Position numbers and translations under genes: made by a program. The notes under the pieces were generated by a model. The model searched no databases and was not told the origin of the DNA. It worked only from the letters and a program-made list of their open reading frames with translations. From Lobosporangium transversale (lineage: Eukaryota): a stretch of 64,000 nucleotides of DNA. Positions within the stretch are counted from its first letter, which is position 1; each line of letters starts with the position of its first letter. Below are positions 34,936 through 52,210 of this stretch, piece by piece. The DNA lies in contig NW_019029009.1 in the NCBI RefSeq assembly GCF_002105155.1, forward strand, positions 248,001-312,000, written 5' to 3'.

Positions 34936-37900
34936 ATGTCCATGGCCACAGCACCACCCTCAGACATCCTTTCAAAACTGACTAATGACCTAAAGTCAAA
35001 GTAAGCGTACAAATAAAACGATAGGGCAGAATATAGCTTCAAAGGCGTCCATATTGTTTCTGAAACTTCAGACCCAAAGATGTATTGATGCATTTTATTA
35101 CATCATTCCCACACAATGAATTCATAGGAATGAAGAAGTCAGGCTACAGTCGGCTCAGGCCTTGAAGGATCATGTAAGACTCTCAGCACTATTATCAATT
35201 GATGGATAGCAGCACTGCAATCCTTTGGATCTAAATATTCACTTTGAAATGTTTTCTTTGTGTTCGTTTATCCATGCAGGTCGTTGTCATGTCAAGGGAG
35301 TTGTCAGGACAGGATTTGAAAAGATTCTATGGAGAAGTCAACAGCATTATTTGGACACTCGTACAGAGTGTCGACAATAATGATAAACTTTGTGGCGTCA
35401 TGATCATTGGTAATGAAGAGGAAAAAAGAATAGACTGCTGTACATCAATTCCAAGTGCGAAGACCTTGAAGTGACTAAGTTTACTTTTTTTTCCCCATTG
35501 GCTCTTTGCCTCTGATAGATAAGCTGATTGGCATTGAAGGCGAGGAGAACACAACGCAGGAAACACGCTTCGCAAACTACTTACGTCAGCTCTTTCCAGC
35601 AGATGTTAAGACAATGACAGTTGCAGCAAGGGCATTAGGTACTGGGATAAAAAAAGAAAAAAAGTACTAGTGTGGATATTATCCAGCGAGCTTGTGAATT
35701 GCTCTATTCTTATGTTCTAACACATCGACAAATTGAACTTTTGTTTGCACTTAGGAAAGCTGGCACAACAAGGAGGGACTTTCACGACAGAGTTTGTAGA
35801 GTTTGAATTGAAAAGAGCGATCGAATGGCTTACTGGTATGAAAAGGAACCATTTGCTTTAATCTTTATTTTATTATTTTTTTTCTCACTAACATGAGCAT
35901 TTTATGGGTCATCTTGTTCAGGAGATCGGCAAGAGGCCCGACGACACGCGAGTGTGCTTGTTCTAGCAGAGTTGGTTCGGCATGCGGACGTTATTGTTTA
36001 TCCTTTCGTTGCGTCAATTCTTGAACATATCTGGGTTGCATTCAGAGATCCCAATGTAAGAAGATTTTATCTTAAGTTGAAAAGGCTTAAACACCTTAGG
36101 ACTTACTCTAAAAAAGCTGATCGATGCAAAAAAAAAAAATTAATAGCAAAACATCCGGGTTGCAGCGGCAGATGCTTTGAGTGCTGTCCTCGTGATAATT
36201 GCCGACCGTGATAGTCCGTATAAAAGCACTTGGTATAACAGAATCAGTGAAGAAGCACAGCGGGGCTTGCGGATCGCCTCAACGGAAAGCATCCATGGTT
36301 CATTACTGATTTACCGCGAGTTGCTGCTCCATGCAGGCATGGTGGGTCGCTCATCTTTTTTAGTCTAACTTCTCTGCATAAGTGGAGCATAGCTAATGGA
36401 TTATTTATTTGTTGTTTGATTTCAATGACATTAGTTCATGCATGAGCGGTATAAAAGTACAGGCGAAATTGTCTTTCAGTACAAGGACCATAGGGATGGC
36501 TTAGTTCGTAGGGCTGTGATTTCTCTGATTCCTGATTTAGCTGCATACAACCCACAGGAATTTGCTAACGTATATCTTCATCGAGCCATGGTGCACATTC
36601 TCAGCCAACTCCGCAAAGATAAAGAACGCTCATTGATGAAAGAAAAAGATCGATCAAACGCTTTTCTTGCCATTGGAAAAATCGCACTTGTTGCTGGTGC
36701 AGACATGGGAGAATTTTTGGATGACATTTTGATTTGCATTAGAGAAGGACTAAGGCTCAAGAGGTTAGACAACGTAGCAACAACTGACTTCCTATTATGA
36801 AGAATGACGATGCTTATGTGGTGTAGAGAAAAGCATACTAAGCTCCCTTTTTTAAATCATCTATGAATATTGCAGCAAAAACCGTATCCAGACCGATACG
36901 CCAATATTCAGCTGCATCAGTATGCTGGCCAACGCTGTCGGACAAGCACTTACAAAACACATGCATGAATTGTTGGAGTTGATGTTTGCTACTGGACTTA
37001 GCGAACCATTGCGCCAATCACTCACGGATCTATCCAACTGTATACCCCCCTTACTGCCCATCATCCAAGGTAACGCTCGCTGCAAATGCTTTTTATGCTA
37101 TAAAAGATGGACTGAAGTGATCCAGCTGTTGATCTTAATCGCACTCCCTCATGTTCATAACAGAGCGCTTACTCAACATGCTTTCCATGATTCTGAGTGG
37201 ACATATGTACAAACCATTGGGAGCACCAAATGGAGCAAGAACAGGACTCACCAGTTCTCCTGTGAGGCGTGACATTCAATCTGCCGAGCCAAAAGATGTA
37301 GACTCCATCATTCTCGCTCTTACTACCCTCGGTTCTTTCAACTTTCAAGGACATATCCTTAATGAATTTGTGCGAGATTGTTGTATTCCTTTTTTGGAGG
37401 ACGACAATCCAGATATTAGGCGCTCTGCTGCTAAAACATGTTGCCAGCTCTTTGTTCGAGACCCCATCTGCTTCCAAACCAGTGCACATGCGGTTCAGGT
37501 TGTTGGCGAGGTCCTAGAAAAGCTACTGACTGTGGGCATTGCAGATCCGGATCCTGAGATCCGACGAACTGTAATGGAATCGTTAGATGAGCGATTCGAT
37601 CGCCATTTAGCACAGGCAGAAAATGTGCGCTCGCTCTTCATTGCATTGAATGATGAGATTTTTGCCATTCGAGAGCACGCAATTACGATTATCGGACGCC
37701 TGTCTATGCATAATCCCGCCTATGTCATGCCTTCCCTTCGGAAGACATTAATACAGCTTTTGACAGAAATTGAGTATTCGGGCGTGAGCCGAAATAAGGA
37801 GGAGAGCGCACGGTTGCTAGCTCTTTTAGTGATTTCCTCGCAACGACTTGTGAAACCGTATGTTGAGTCTATTATTAAAGTACTGTTGCCCAAGGCTAAG

Positions 37901-38484
37901 GATCAAAGCGCCGGCGTTGTTTCAAGCATCTTGGCAGCTTTGGGAGAGCTTGCTCGCGTCGGAGGTGAAGATCTTTTACCCTTCATGGATCAGCTTATGC
38001 CGCTTATCATCGACACACTACAGGATCAGAGTTCACCAACCAAGCGTAGTGCTGCACTCAAAACTCTCGGGCAACTGGCAAGTAACACGGGCTATGTAAT
38101 TGAGCCATACATCAAATATCCGGGCCTGTTGGATACCCTGATGAACATTCTGAAGACGGAACAGTCCGGCAACATTCGAAAAGAGACTATCAAACTTCTC
38201 GGAATCCTCGGAGCTTTAGATCCTTATCGTCACAAACAAATGGCAATTGAGTCTGTGGATGACAATCAGGCAGACAAATCCCAGGGCTCAGACGTCTCGC
38301 TTTTAATGTCAGGGTTGGGGCCATCATCTGAAGACTATTACCCTACAGTTGTTATCAATGCGTTGCTCAAAATTCTGAAGGATCCATCTTTGAGTCAACA
38401 GTATCAACCCGCCACTCAGGCCATCTTGAATATTTTCCAAGCTCTGCAGTTGAAAATGGTGCCATTTTTGCCACAGGTAGGCTT

Positions 38485-38516
<32 letters not shown>

Positions 38517-41500
38517 CCCTTGAAGGATATGGCTAGTAGAGCGAACATTCTGCATTCAATGTGTACGTACTCACATAGTTCTTGTATCTTATTTAGATCA
38601 TGCCTGTATACCTGAGTATCATGCAGTCAGGCACGGTGCTTAATCTGGACTTCTACTTTGAAAAAATGGGCTTCTTGGTCATGATTGTAAAGCTTCATAT
38701 CCGCCCCTACCTCCCCGATCTTTTGCAGCTTGTCAAGGACAACTGGAATCACACACCACTGCAAGAGCGTATAATTGGGCTAGTTGAGAGCATAGCCGTG
38801 GCTCTTGATGGAGAATTCAAAGCATATTTGCCCAACTTACTGCAATCATTCCTTGCGGTCTTCGACACCGACCTGACGGAGAGGCATGACGCATCGATCA
38901 AAGTTTTAGGCGCATTTGTGAAATTTGGCTCTAACATCGAGGAATACATGCATTTGGTGATCCCAGTTCTAGTCAAGACATTTGAGAAGCCTGATGCACC
39001 CATAAATCTACGTAGAGCCGCCATCAACACCATCCGTGAGCTTGCTAAAAAAGTCAATTTTTCTGACTATGCGTCCAGGATTATTCACCCATTTGCTCGT
39101 ATCTTGGCGTTACCAGGGCCAGAGTTGAGAATGCCAACTATGGATGCGCTCTGTTGTTTGGTCCTTCAACTTGGACAGGATTATGTGAACTTTATTCCCA
39201 TGATCAAGAAGGTAAGTAAAGCATTCCTCCCCCTTTATTTACCTCAGATAACTAAATATCTTTCGTTAATGGCGGTGTTAAAGTTTACACTAAACTGTTT
39301 TTTTTTTTTTTTTTTTTTTTACTGCTATAACATATATTAAGGTCCTAATCCGTACCAGGATTAGCCATGCACAATACGATCATTTGGTCTCACAGCTGCT
39401 AAAGCGTGAGCCGCTGCCACTAGAATTGCCTGGGCTAGGTGATGATCGATATGTGTCCATATCAGATGTCCCACAGGCAGAGTCTGGTATTCGCAAACTT
39501 CCTGTTAATCAAGCCTCATTACGCAGAGCCTGGGACACTCAGCCACGCTCGACCAAAGATGATTGGGCAGATTGGATTCGACGTCTTTGTTTGGAAATGC
39601 TCAAAGAAACACCTTCTCACGCGCTCAGAGCATGCGCCGATATGGCAAATTCCTACCATCCTCTTGCTCGAGAACTATTCAATGCTGCATTTGTGTCTTG
39701 TTGGGGAGAGCTACTAGATCAGTACCAGGTAATGTTTGTTTGCATTATATATTGATTTTATTAATACCTTATATTATCTTTTCTTTTTTTGTTTTCGATA
39801 ATATCTCATTCTTACCTATTCTTTATTTTATTTTATTTTCATAATGATATAAAAACAATAGGAGGAGTTGGCAAGAGCATTGGTCACAGCACTTGTTGCA
39901 CCCAACATTTCACCTGAAATCATTCAAATCCTACTCAACCTCGCCGAGTTCATGGAGCATGATGATAAACCTCTTCCTATAGACATTCGTACTTTAGGAG
40001 AGTATGCAGCAAAGAGTCATGCGTTTGCCAAGGCACTCCATTATAAGGAGCTTGAGTTCTTAACAGAGCCTTCTACCAACGCAATAGAAGAGTTGATTGG
40101 AATCAACAATAATCTACAGCAGCCTGATGCAGCTGCTGGTATCTTGACGCATGCACAGCTTCATCATGACTTTGAGCTCAAGGAGGCTTGGTACGAACGT
40201 CTGCAGCGATGGGAGGATGCATTGGCAGCATATGAACGCAAGCAACTGGAGAATCCAAATGATCTTACACTCACTAACAAGCGCATGCGCTGTTTGCATG
40301 CTCTTGGTGAGTGGGACCAGCTGTCTTCTTTGGCACAGGCCAAATGGGGCAGCGCACCACCTCAAGATCGCCGTAAAATGGCATCATTTGCCGCTGCAGC
40401 TGCTTGGGGTCTGGGTCAATGGGAGCTTTTGGACGAATACATTTCAGCCATGCAGGAAAACTCTGATAGAGCCTTTTTCAAAGCTATTCTAGCACTTCAC
40501 CGTAATCAGTTTCAGGAGGCCGAGAAGTACATTGATAAGACCCGTAACATGTTGGATACTGAACTCACTGCTCTTGTTGGGGAGAGTTATAACCGAGCGT
40601 ATGCAACTGTAGTTCGGGTCCAGATGATGGCAGAATTAGAAGAGATCATTGCATACAAACAATACCATGATCAACCCGACCGTCAGGCTACGATCCGACG
40701 TACGTGGATGAAGCGGTTGAAGGGTTGTCAGAGAAATGTAGAGGTGTGGCAAAAGTTGATTAAGGTCCATGCGATCGTGGTGACACCAGCTCAGGATATG
40801 GAGATGCGTATTAAGTTTATGAACTTGTGTCGCAAAAATGGTCGACTGAGGTTAGCAGAAAACACCATGAGTACGCTTATGGGCCCTGATACTGCAAACA
40901 TGAGCTTCACAGCCATGACGCAGGTGACACCACCACAGATTGTCTATGCTAAGCTTAAGTACATGTGGGCGACAGGTGTTCGCGAGCATACCCTGGACTG
41001 TTTACGCCAATTTACGGAGCGATTGGCATCCGACCTTGGCCTTGGAACGGTTGAGGATGCCGGCATTGCTATGACAGGAGCTAACCAGCTGAATGGAAAC
41101 GTGGTCGACTACTCCAGATTACTTGCACGCTGCTATCTGAAGCAGGGAGAGTGGCAGTTTGCTCTTCAAGATGGCTGGACGCATGTAAGTTGAGCGTATG
41201 CGGCTCTGAAATGATAGTTGGATAGCACTAGGCAATCATTCTTTACTCATGGCATTATCAACCTTTGTTGTTTTTTTTTAAGGACTCAATTGAGGACATT
41301 CTGACACCATATCTCTATGCCAAGCATTTGGACAAAGATTGGTATAAGGCGTGGCATACATGGGCGCTAGCTAACTTCGAGGTGATCACGTTTTATGAGA
41401 AGAACCCGCCCCCTAACCATTCTGGACGCGACCCATGCCTTCAATATGTTATTCCTTCGATCATGGGCTTCTTCAAGTCCATTGCACTATCTCAGGGCAA

Positions 41501-43769
41501 TTCACTTCAAGATACGCTGCGCTTATTGACACTCTGGTTCAAGTTTGGTCATCGCGCGGAGATCAGTGCGGCACTGAGCGATGGTTTTTCAACTGTCAGC
41601 ATTGATACCTGGTTACAAGTCATTCCACAGCTAATCGCCCGTATCCACGCGCCTAGCCCCAATGTACAACGTCTGATTCACCAGTTGCTGACAGATGTTG
41701 GGAAGGAGCATCCGCAAGCACTGGTATATTCTTTGACGGTTGCTTCGAAGTCACCTAGTGTTGTACGCAAGAATGCAGCCTTAGCAATTATGGAGAAGAT
41801 GAGAGTGCATAGCCCGCTGTTAGTCGAGCAGGCATTATTGGTCAGCCAGGAGCTTATTCGTGTAGCTATCCTGTGGCATGAGATGTGGCACGAAGGTCTA
41901 GAAGAGGCGTCTCGTCTGTACTTTGGTGACCGTAACATCAATGGAATGTTGGCGCTACTAGAGCCTCTCCATATGATGCTTCAGAGGGTAATATTCCATG
42001 CTAACCAATATGACAGCAATCAGTACATCATATCATAGCTCAAATAGATTCTGGCAAATGAGAGGCTGATTTTTTTTTTTTTTTTTTTTTTTTAGGGCCC
42101 TGAGACCCAGCGTGAGATAGCATTCAACCAAGCGTTTGGTCGAGACCTAAGGGAAGCCCAAGAATGCTGCATTCGCTATGGCCAAACTCAAGAAATCAAT
42201 GACCTTAATCAAGCATGGGATATCTACTATCAAGTGTTCCGTCGTATCGCGAAGCAGCTTCAACAGCTTAGCACTTTGGATTTACCATATGTCTCGCCAC
42301 AATTGCAGGGCGCTCAGGATCTTGAGCTTGCTATTCCAGGAACTTATAAGAGTGGTGAACCTATCATTAAGATTTCATCGTTTGTACCAACGCTCACTGT
42401 GATGACTTCGAAGCAACGTCCTCGTCGCTTGACTGTGAAGGGAAGTGATGGACGTGATTATCAATATCTATTGAAGGGACACGAGGATCTACGTCAGGAT
42501 GAACGTGTCATGCAGTTGTTTGGACTTGTGAACACACTTCTGTCTATTGACCCAGAAACATTCAAGAGGTACTTGGGCATTCAGCGATACCCTGTCATTC
42601 CACTCTCGCCCAACTCGGGTCTCATTGGATGGTTACCAGATACAGATACGCTTCATACCTTGATCCGTGATTATCGTGAAAGTCGCAAAATTTTGTTGAA
42701 CATTGAGCACCGCATCATGTTACAGATGGCGCCCGATTATGATAACTTGACGTTGATGCAAAAAGTTGAAGTCTTTGAGTATGCACTTAACAACACTGGA
42801 GGTCAAGATCTGTACAAGGTCCTGTGGCTCAAGAGCCGGAACTCGGAGGCATGGCTCGACAGGAGAACAAATTATACCCGATCTTTGGCGGTCATGTCCA
42901 TGGTCGGATATATTCTTGGACTGGGAGATCGCCACCCGTCCAACTTGATGCTGGATCGTAACTCGGGCAAGATTGTGCACATTGATTTTGGTGACTGCTT
43001 TGAAGTGGCGATGCATCGTGAAAAGTTCCCAGAACAGATTCCGTTCCGGTTGACACGAATGTTGACCAACGCTATGGAGGTCAGTGGTATTGAGGGTAAC
43101 TTTAGGAATACGTGCGAGAATGTGATGCGTGTACTACGAGAGAATAAGGAGAGTTTGATGGCAGTATTGGAAGCCTTTGTATATGATCCCTTGATCAATT
43201 GGAGGATTTTGACCACAAGCCCTCGTCAACGTAAGTAAAAAAAAAAAAAAAAAAAAAAAAGTCTAAAGTTTATAGATGATGTTAATGGCCTTATTAATAT
43301 TGACCCTTTTTTTTTTTCCTATTTTAGCGATGGAGAATGGACAGGGTGGAAATCAAAATGCAGCAAATGAGTCTGTCATGGACGAGCAGGCACGCAATAT
43401 GAGGAGAGCCCTACCAAGTGAGCGTGAACTCGTGCGAGACAACATGAAGAGTAATGACTTGTTTTTACATATTTTTTACATATTTATTTATTTAAATACA
43501 ATAACAATCGTTTTTTTTTGTCGATAGAACTAACTTTTTTTTTTAAATTCATTATCTATCACATGTCTTATATAGTGGAGAACCAGCCTGAACAGTTGAA
43601 CCAGAGAGCAGTATCGATTATCAATCGTGTGACCAATAAGTTGACAGGCAGAGATTTCAAGCCTGACAAACCCTTGGATGTACCATCGCAGGTCGAAAAG
43701 TTGATTCAACAGGCGTCATCGTACGAAAACCTGTGCCAGTGCTGGATTGGATGGTGTGCCTTCTGGTAG
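34936..43769 (+). CDS. TOR: Target of rapamycin PIKK kinase, about 17 exons
   Basis: HEAT repeats, FAT domain ([13 protein letters not shown]), FRB ([22 protein letters not shown]), kinase ([34 protein letters not shown]) and FATC ([12 protein letters not shown]). Confidence 0.97.
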
Positions 43770-44101
43770 AAGACTATCTCTTAGTTCCTCTTTTTTGTAA
43801 TTGTCTGTTCCGTGTCTGTCCAATTGTAAATAAGAAAAATGTTATTGGTATTGAAATCAATGAAGAAATTCTTGGGTGTAATTTTTTTTTTATGAATATT
43901 CCCATTGTTCTATGACAAATGATTGTTAGACCCACTGATATACATATATAAAAAAAGGCTAGACTATTTACAAGTTTGAAGGTCGATCATCTGACGAAAA
44001 ATGTTTGGAGATGGGATGACAAATCTGTGCAACAAATAACAGATAGAATCACAAAATGTGATGTCAATGTTACCAGAATTGACTCCACTCTTGAAGTCTT
44101 T

Positions 44102-44890
44102 TCAGAATGGTGATAAGGGCGATATTTCAGGAAGGCCAAGGTCTGCCTGCGGACGTGTGGTCTGCTGTAATTGTGGATGCTGTGGATATTGGCATACCGA
44201 CAGTTCATCTCCTTGTGGAGATTCTGACTGAAGTCGTTGTAATGCTTGCTGGCGCTGCTGTAGCTGACGCTGCTGCTGTTGTTGTTGTTGTTGTTGTTGT
44301 TGTAGCAGCGACGCTGATGACGATGGTTGTTGTGATTGCTGTGATTGCTGTGATTGTTGTAATTGTTGTTGAGACGGTGAAGCTTGCGGAGAAGGATGGA
44401 ACTGCTGCCCATTAGCTACAGCAGTATGTGTACCAGCTGGTTTCGAAAGCATAGCATTCAACGCTGTAGATGAAGCAAGACCAATCGGTAGTGATATGGA
44501 GAGACCCCTTCTCCTATCCTTGTCTTTCTCTTTAATATCTTTCTTACGTAAGCCCGAGAACATGCTCCTCCGCTTGTCTGGAGATTGTTGTACAACATCC
44601 GTTAGGAATTTCAATTCCTCAGTCTCTGGCATGTCCCTGAACCAATTACTATGTAGAGCTTGATAAGCTGTCAGTCGATTCTTGGGATCATATTGAAGTA
44701 CACCGGTAATTAACTCAAGTGCCTCTTCAGTTGCATTCGGTAGCGCTTCTCTCAAAGTACGCAGCGGTGTCTTTTTAATTTGAAAAAGCACAAGAAAGGA
44801 GAGAAAACATGAAAGACAGAGAATTATTTTAGTAATTTCTCAAACGCAACAAGATCAATGGTCCCGTTTCATATTGAATCGATTAATATC

Positions 44891-44921
<31 letters not shown>

Positions 44922-46121
44922 GCACTTACGGCAGGAAATGCAAAGCCCATGCGGGCGGCAATCTGGACACCTTCTTTCCATTCACCACCAACCTTTGGTG
45001 AGATTCCGTTCAGACTTTCTCCAGGCGCGAATGCATCTGGCTGGGGTTGGGGCTGGGGCTGCCGTGGTGCGGGGCTTCCAAGTACACTGCCTATCCGCAT
45101 AATCTGATCGATATCACTATTACCAGGAAATAATGGTTTGAGACTAATCAATTCTGCAGCAATTGCTCCTATTGCCCACAGATCGACGGCACTTGAATAG
45201 GCTGTTGATTTCAAAACAACCTCTGGTGAACGATACCTGAGACAAGAGACAAATAAAGGAAAGACAATTAATAAAAAAATTCGGAGAATTTTTATTCGAC
45301 GATTTGGAATCTACACAACACAGCATTTCATAAGCTTCCTTATTGATGGTTTAAAAAAAAAAAAAAAGAAGAAGTATAGATACTGTCGAAGAGGGATATT
45401 CACTTACCATCGAGTACTGACATATGTTGTATAAGGTGGACGACTCTTGAGCTCCCTTGCTAACCCCAGATCAGCGATTTTGACGGTATCACCCGAGATC
45501 AAGAGATTTTCTGGCTTCATGTCACGGTGCATGACTCCCTTTGCATGCATGTGTTGTAGTCCACGAAGTACTTGGAAGCTGGAAATGACAACAATTGATC
45601 GCGTTGCATATTGAAATGATAGTAATAATATTAATAATAACAATAGCAAAAAAAAAAAAAAATTAATTGATCAATTTTCTGCAAGGGTATAAGAGTAGTG
45701 ACGAGAACAAAAGCACAATGACGAGATCATCCCCCATTGACTTTCTACTGTTGGATGGATTCAACAATGGCGTAAAGTAAATAAATAAAATAAAATAAAA
45801 TAAAAAAAGTATATCTTCATACACTATGCTTTTGATACGAGACTCTTCTAGTCTGACTCCGTTTTGATCTTGAATTAATTGATAAAGATTTCCTTCCATC
45901 AATTCAAAAACCATATGCAATTCCTTTTTCTCTAAGAAAAAGTGATGCAGCTTGATGATGTTAGGTCCAAAGCGAAGAACCTCAAGGGCCTATTAAAAGA
46001 AAGTAAAAAAAAAAAAAAAAAAAAAAAGGAGGAAGATAGTGGTGATGGATCAAAGGAAAAGGGATGTGGCCGTCAATAACTATCCATAGTTAGTGGAGAG
46101 CTAATACAGTAGTCTGCATTT

Positions 46122-46155
<34 letters not shown>

Positions 46156-47394
46156 GGCATTGATGCTCCGTTCATCTCTATAGTGAATACTTGCCTTAAC
46201 TTCCTGTAGAGACCGACATTCACTTTGAGACGTAAACTTTTTCTTCATCTTTTTGATAGCAACCTATTTTTTTTTTTTGTGTTATTTTATATTTTTATAG
46301 GACAACATGATTGTTTTTTCATCACACATGGGCATTTACGCATGCGAAGAAGAGCACCAAAAATAATGCAGACCAAAGCATAGTAAAAAAAAAAAAAATG
46401 TTAGAGAAAGAAAAGTTATATGTAATATACATGTTATACATGTGAGCATTCAGTGCTTGCTTTCGTTGCTTTTTTGCTGACATGCCTATCCCTATTCACC
46501 CTCTTCCTTCTTTCCTTCCTCCCCTATCCCATATCGCATCGAATGAAGAATGAGATAAGATAGGGTGAAGTCAAAAAAAAAAAGAAAGAGCAAAACATGA
46601 TCGTGTGGATATCTCTTAAAAGGTGTTGTGTACCCGCCTCCACCGATCCCCATAACTCTTTCTTTGAGCCACGGACATTCATGCACACAGACGAGAGAGA
46701 CATCGAATATCAACAGAGTTCACAAAGTGACCCCCATGTCCGAAACTTGTCGAATAAAAGCAAAAACGCACAGCGTCTTTATTTGTGGATGCACGCCCAT
46801 GCAGAAGCGCGTCTTAATGTTTTCCCCCGATAGGTCTGCAATAATAATAGTTTTAATTATAATAATAAGAATAAGGCCACATACCAGTTCGCCAGACACT
46901 TTGTGCCGTGCTTGGACAACTGATCCGAACGAACCATTGCCCAACTCTTGCAGGACTACAAACTGATCCATCGAACGTGCTACTAACAGACTATGATGTG
47001 TTGAAGACGATGAAGGTGACCCATTGCTCTCATTCAATGGAATGGCAGATGGTGCGAGGGTGTGTGAAAGGAGGTCATGCTGAGGAGTTGGAGGTAAACT
47101 TGCTTCCCTTCTTGGATTATAGTACTGTATTGCCTCTACTGCTGCTGCTACTGCTGCTGCTGCTGCTGCCGCTGATATTGTTGAGGAAGAAGGCGAGAGA
47201 TATTGTTTCTTTTCTAATACAAGAGGAAATGCGGGGGAAACGGCCATAACAGCAGGCATGGCAGAAGCAATGGGTATATCAACTGTGGGTGACGGAGGAG
47301 ACGTTGGTGTTGGAGGTGTAGGACGAGTGTGAGGTAGGAAGAAGAAGGAGGCCTTTCTACCGGCCCGTTGAAATGTTTGAGTTGCTTCAGCCAT
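44102..47394 (-). CDS. IME2/MAK/ICK-family CMGC Ser/Thr kinase, about 6 exons
   Basis: [66 protein letters not shown] (TxY loop), PLFPG. Long low-complexity N-terminus and polyQ C-terminus. Start codon is less certain. Confidence 0.88.
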
Positions 47395-47530
47395 TTCGAA
47401 GAGGCTATCGTATAATTGTGGTATGATAGTTCGACCCAAAGGCTGACCGAAGGAAGGGGGGTTAGGATATGGAGTGAAGAAAGGGGAAAGTCCCGAGAAT
47501 GATTGTTACAAAAAGGATTGTAAGGTTATA

Positions 47531-47590
47531 TGTGGTCGTTGTTGTGGTCGTTGTTGTGGTCGTTGTTGTGGTCGTTGTTGTGGTCGTTAT
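47531..47590. repeat. 12-bp minisatellite (TGTGGTCGTTGT) x5
   Basis: Five near-perfect tandem copies about 140 bp upstream of the kinase ATG. Confidence 0.9.
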
Positions 47591-48732
47591 ACGAGCGAAA
47601 GAGAATGTGTGTGAGAAAGAGCAAGAACTTTTTATTTTTAAAAAAAAAAAAAAAAAAAAAAGATAACAGGGGAAAGGAGAGTGAATAATTTATAGGACTA
47701 TATGAAAAACAGTTAAGTCAAAGATGAAATGAGGAAGACTCTAAATGAGAGTGGAAATAAGAGTGGAGAGAGAAAGGAAAAAAGAGAGAGAGAAGGAAAG
47801 AGCAAAAATTGAAGAGAGAGAAAGGGAGAGGGTGAAGGCAGACGAACAGGCAATTAAGTGAGTAAAGCGATTTGATAATATTAAAAAAGCACTAGAGTTT
47901 ACGGCCTCAGTTTTTCGTTTCTGCTCAGTTTTCTTTGGGTGATTATCAGAGCTGCTCTCTTTCCAAGTAAATAGAAACCCTATCCAATTCATATACGCTT
48001 CACTGTTTTCTCATATAAAAAATAAGTGTGGATCTGTTGTGTAAGAGATTGATAATTGGAATTTGGCTTACCCATTTTGTCTGCCCATTACATTCAATGA
48101 ACACGTTGAATACGTATCCGTTACCCACAGCCTCTGTTCTCTCGGTCTGATGAAATTATCTTGCATCGTTTTGACGTGTAGGTTTTACTAAGGTCGATTG
48201 AATACCAATCAAACTACATGGCATCATCATTCTCTCTGCAAAGGAAGAAGGGAGGAAAGAAAGAAAAGAAAAGGGAGTGTAGAGGGGGGAAGGGGGGGAA
48301 ACAAAAGCAGGGTGTAGTTGGGTGATATCTATTTGAATCGTCTTGTGGGTGTGTGAGATTTTGAAAGAAGGATTGGATGGTCAAGAGGAAAGGAAAAGAA
48401 AAGGAGAAATCTCGCATGGTAATCAGGCCAGACTAGCCCTGTCAGATTTCAATCATCACAGAAGATTGAAAGGAGATTAAATTGGCCCGTGCCACAAACA
48501 ACGTGACTTCCTTAGTGTGACGTTATCCTGTGTTTTTTTTTTTTTTTTTTTTTTTTTAATATTTATTTTTACCTTGATACCACCTTTTCCTCTTCATCAC
48601 TTCTCACTTTTTTTCAATCCTCCCATCGCTTTCCTCCTTCCTCTTACTATCTCTTGCTGATCTACAGCAAGTCATTCTTGTCTCACCAAATTAAAAAAAG
48701 CTTTAGTATACATAAAGAGACATCACATTATA

Positions 48733-51908
<3,176 letters not shown>

Positions 51909-52210
51909 AAAGAAAAAAGCTTTTTCTCTCGTCTCTCCTCTCTCCTCTCTCCTCCCTTGATTACTCTCTTTATTTTTTTTTTTTTAACAATAGACAGACT
52001 TTCATTCATTTTCATCAAAACTTCGATCTCATTAAAATGTTGCAAGCAACTCTTTAAATATATTAATATATTACAATAATTATTTTTTTAAGGGTCCAGG
52101 TGTATACAGTGAGAGGAAAATAAGGAAGTAAAGGTTATTATGGTAAATAGAAGGGTATTCATCTTGCGATTTAAGAGGGGAAAAAAAAAGAAAAAGAAAA
52201 AGAAAAAAGA

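Noticed and set aside
44268..44370. CAG/CAA repeats in the kinase (and near 53120-53155 in the GRAM gene)
   Set aside because: Ordinary polyQ low-complexity coding tracts.
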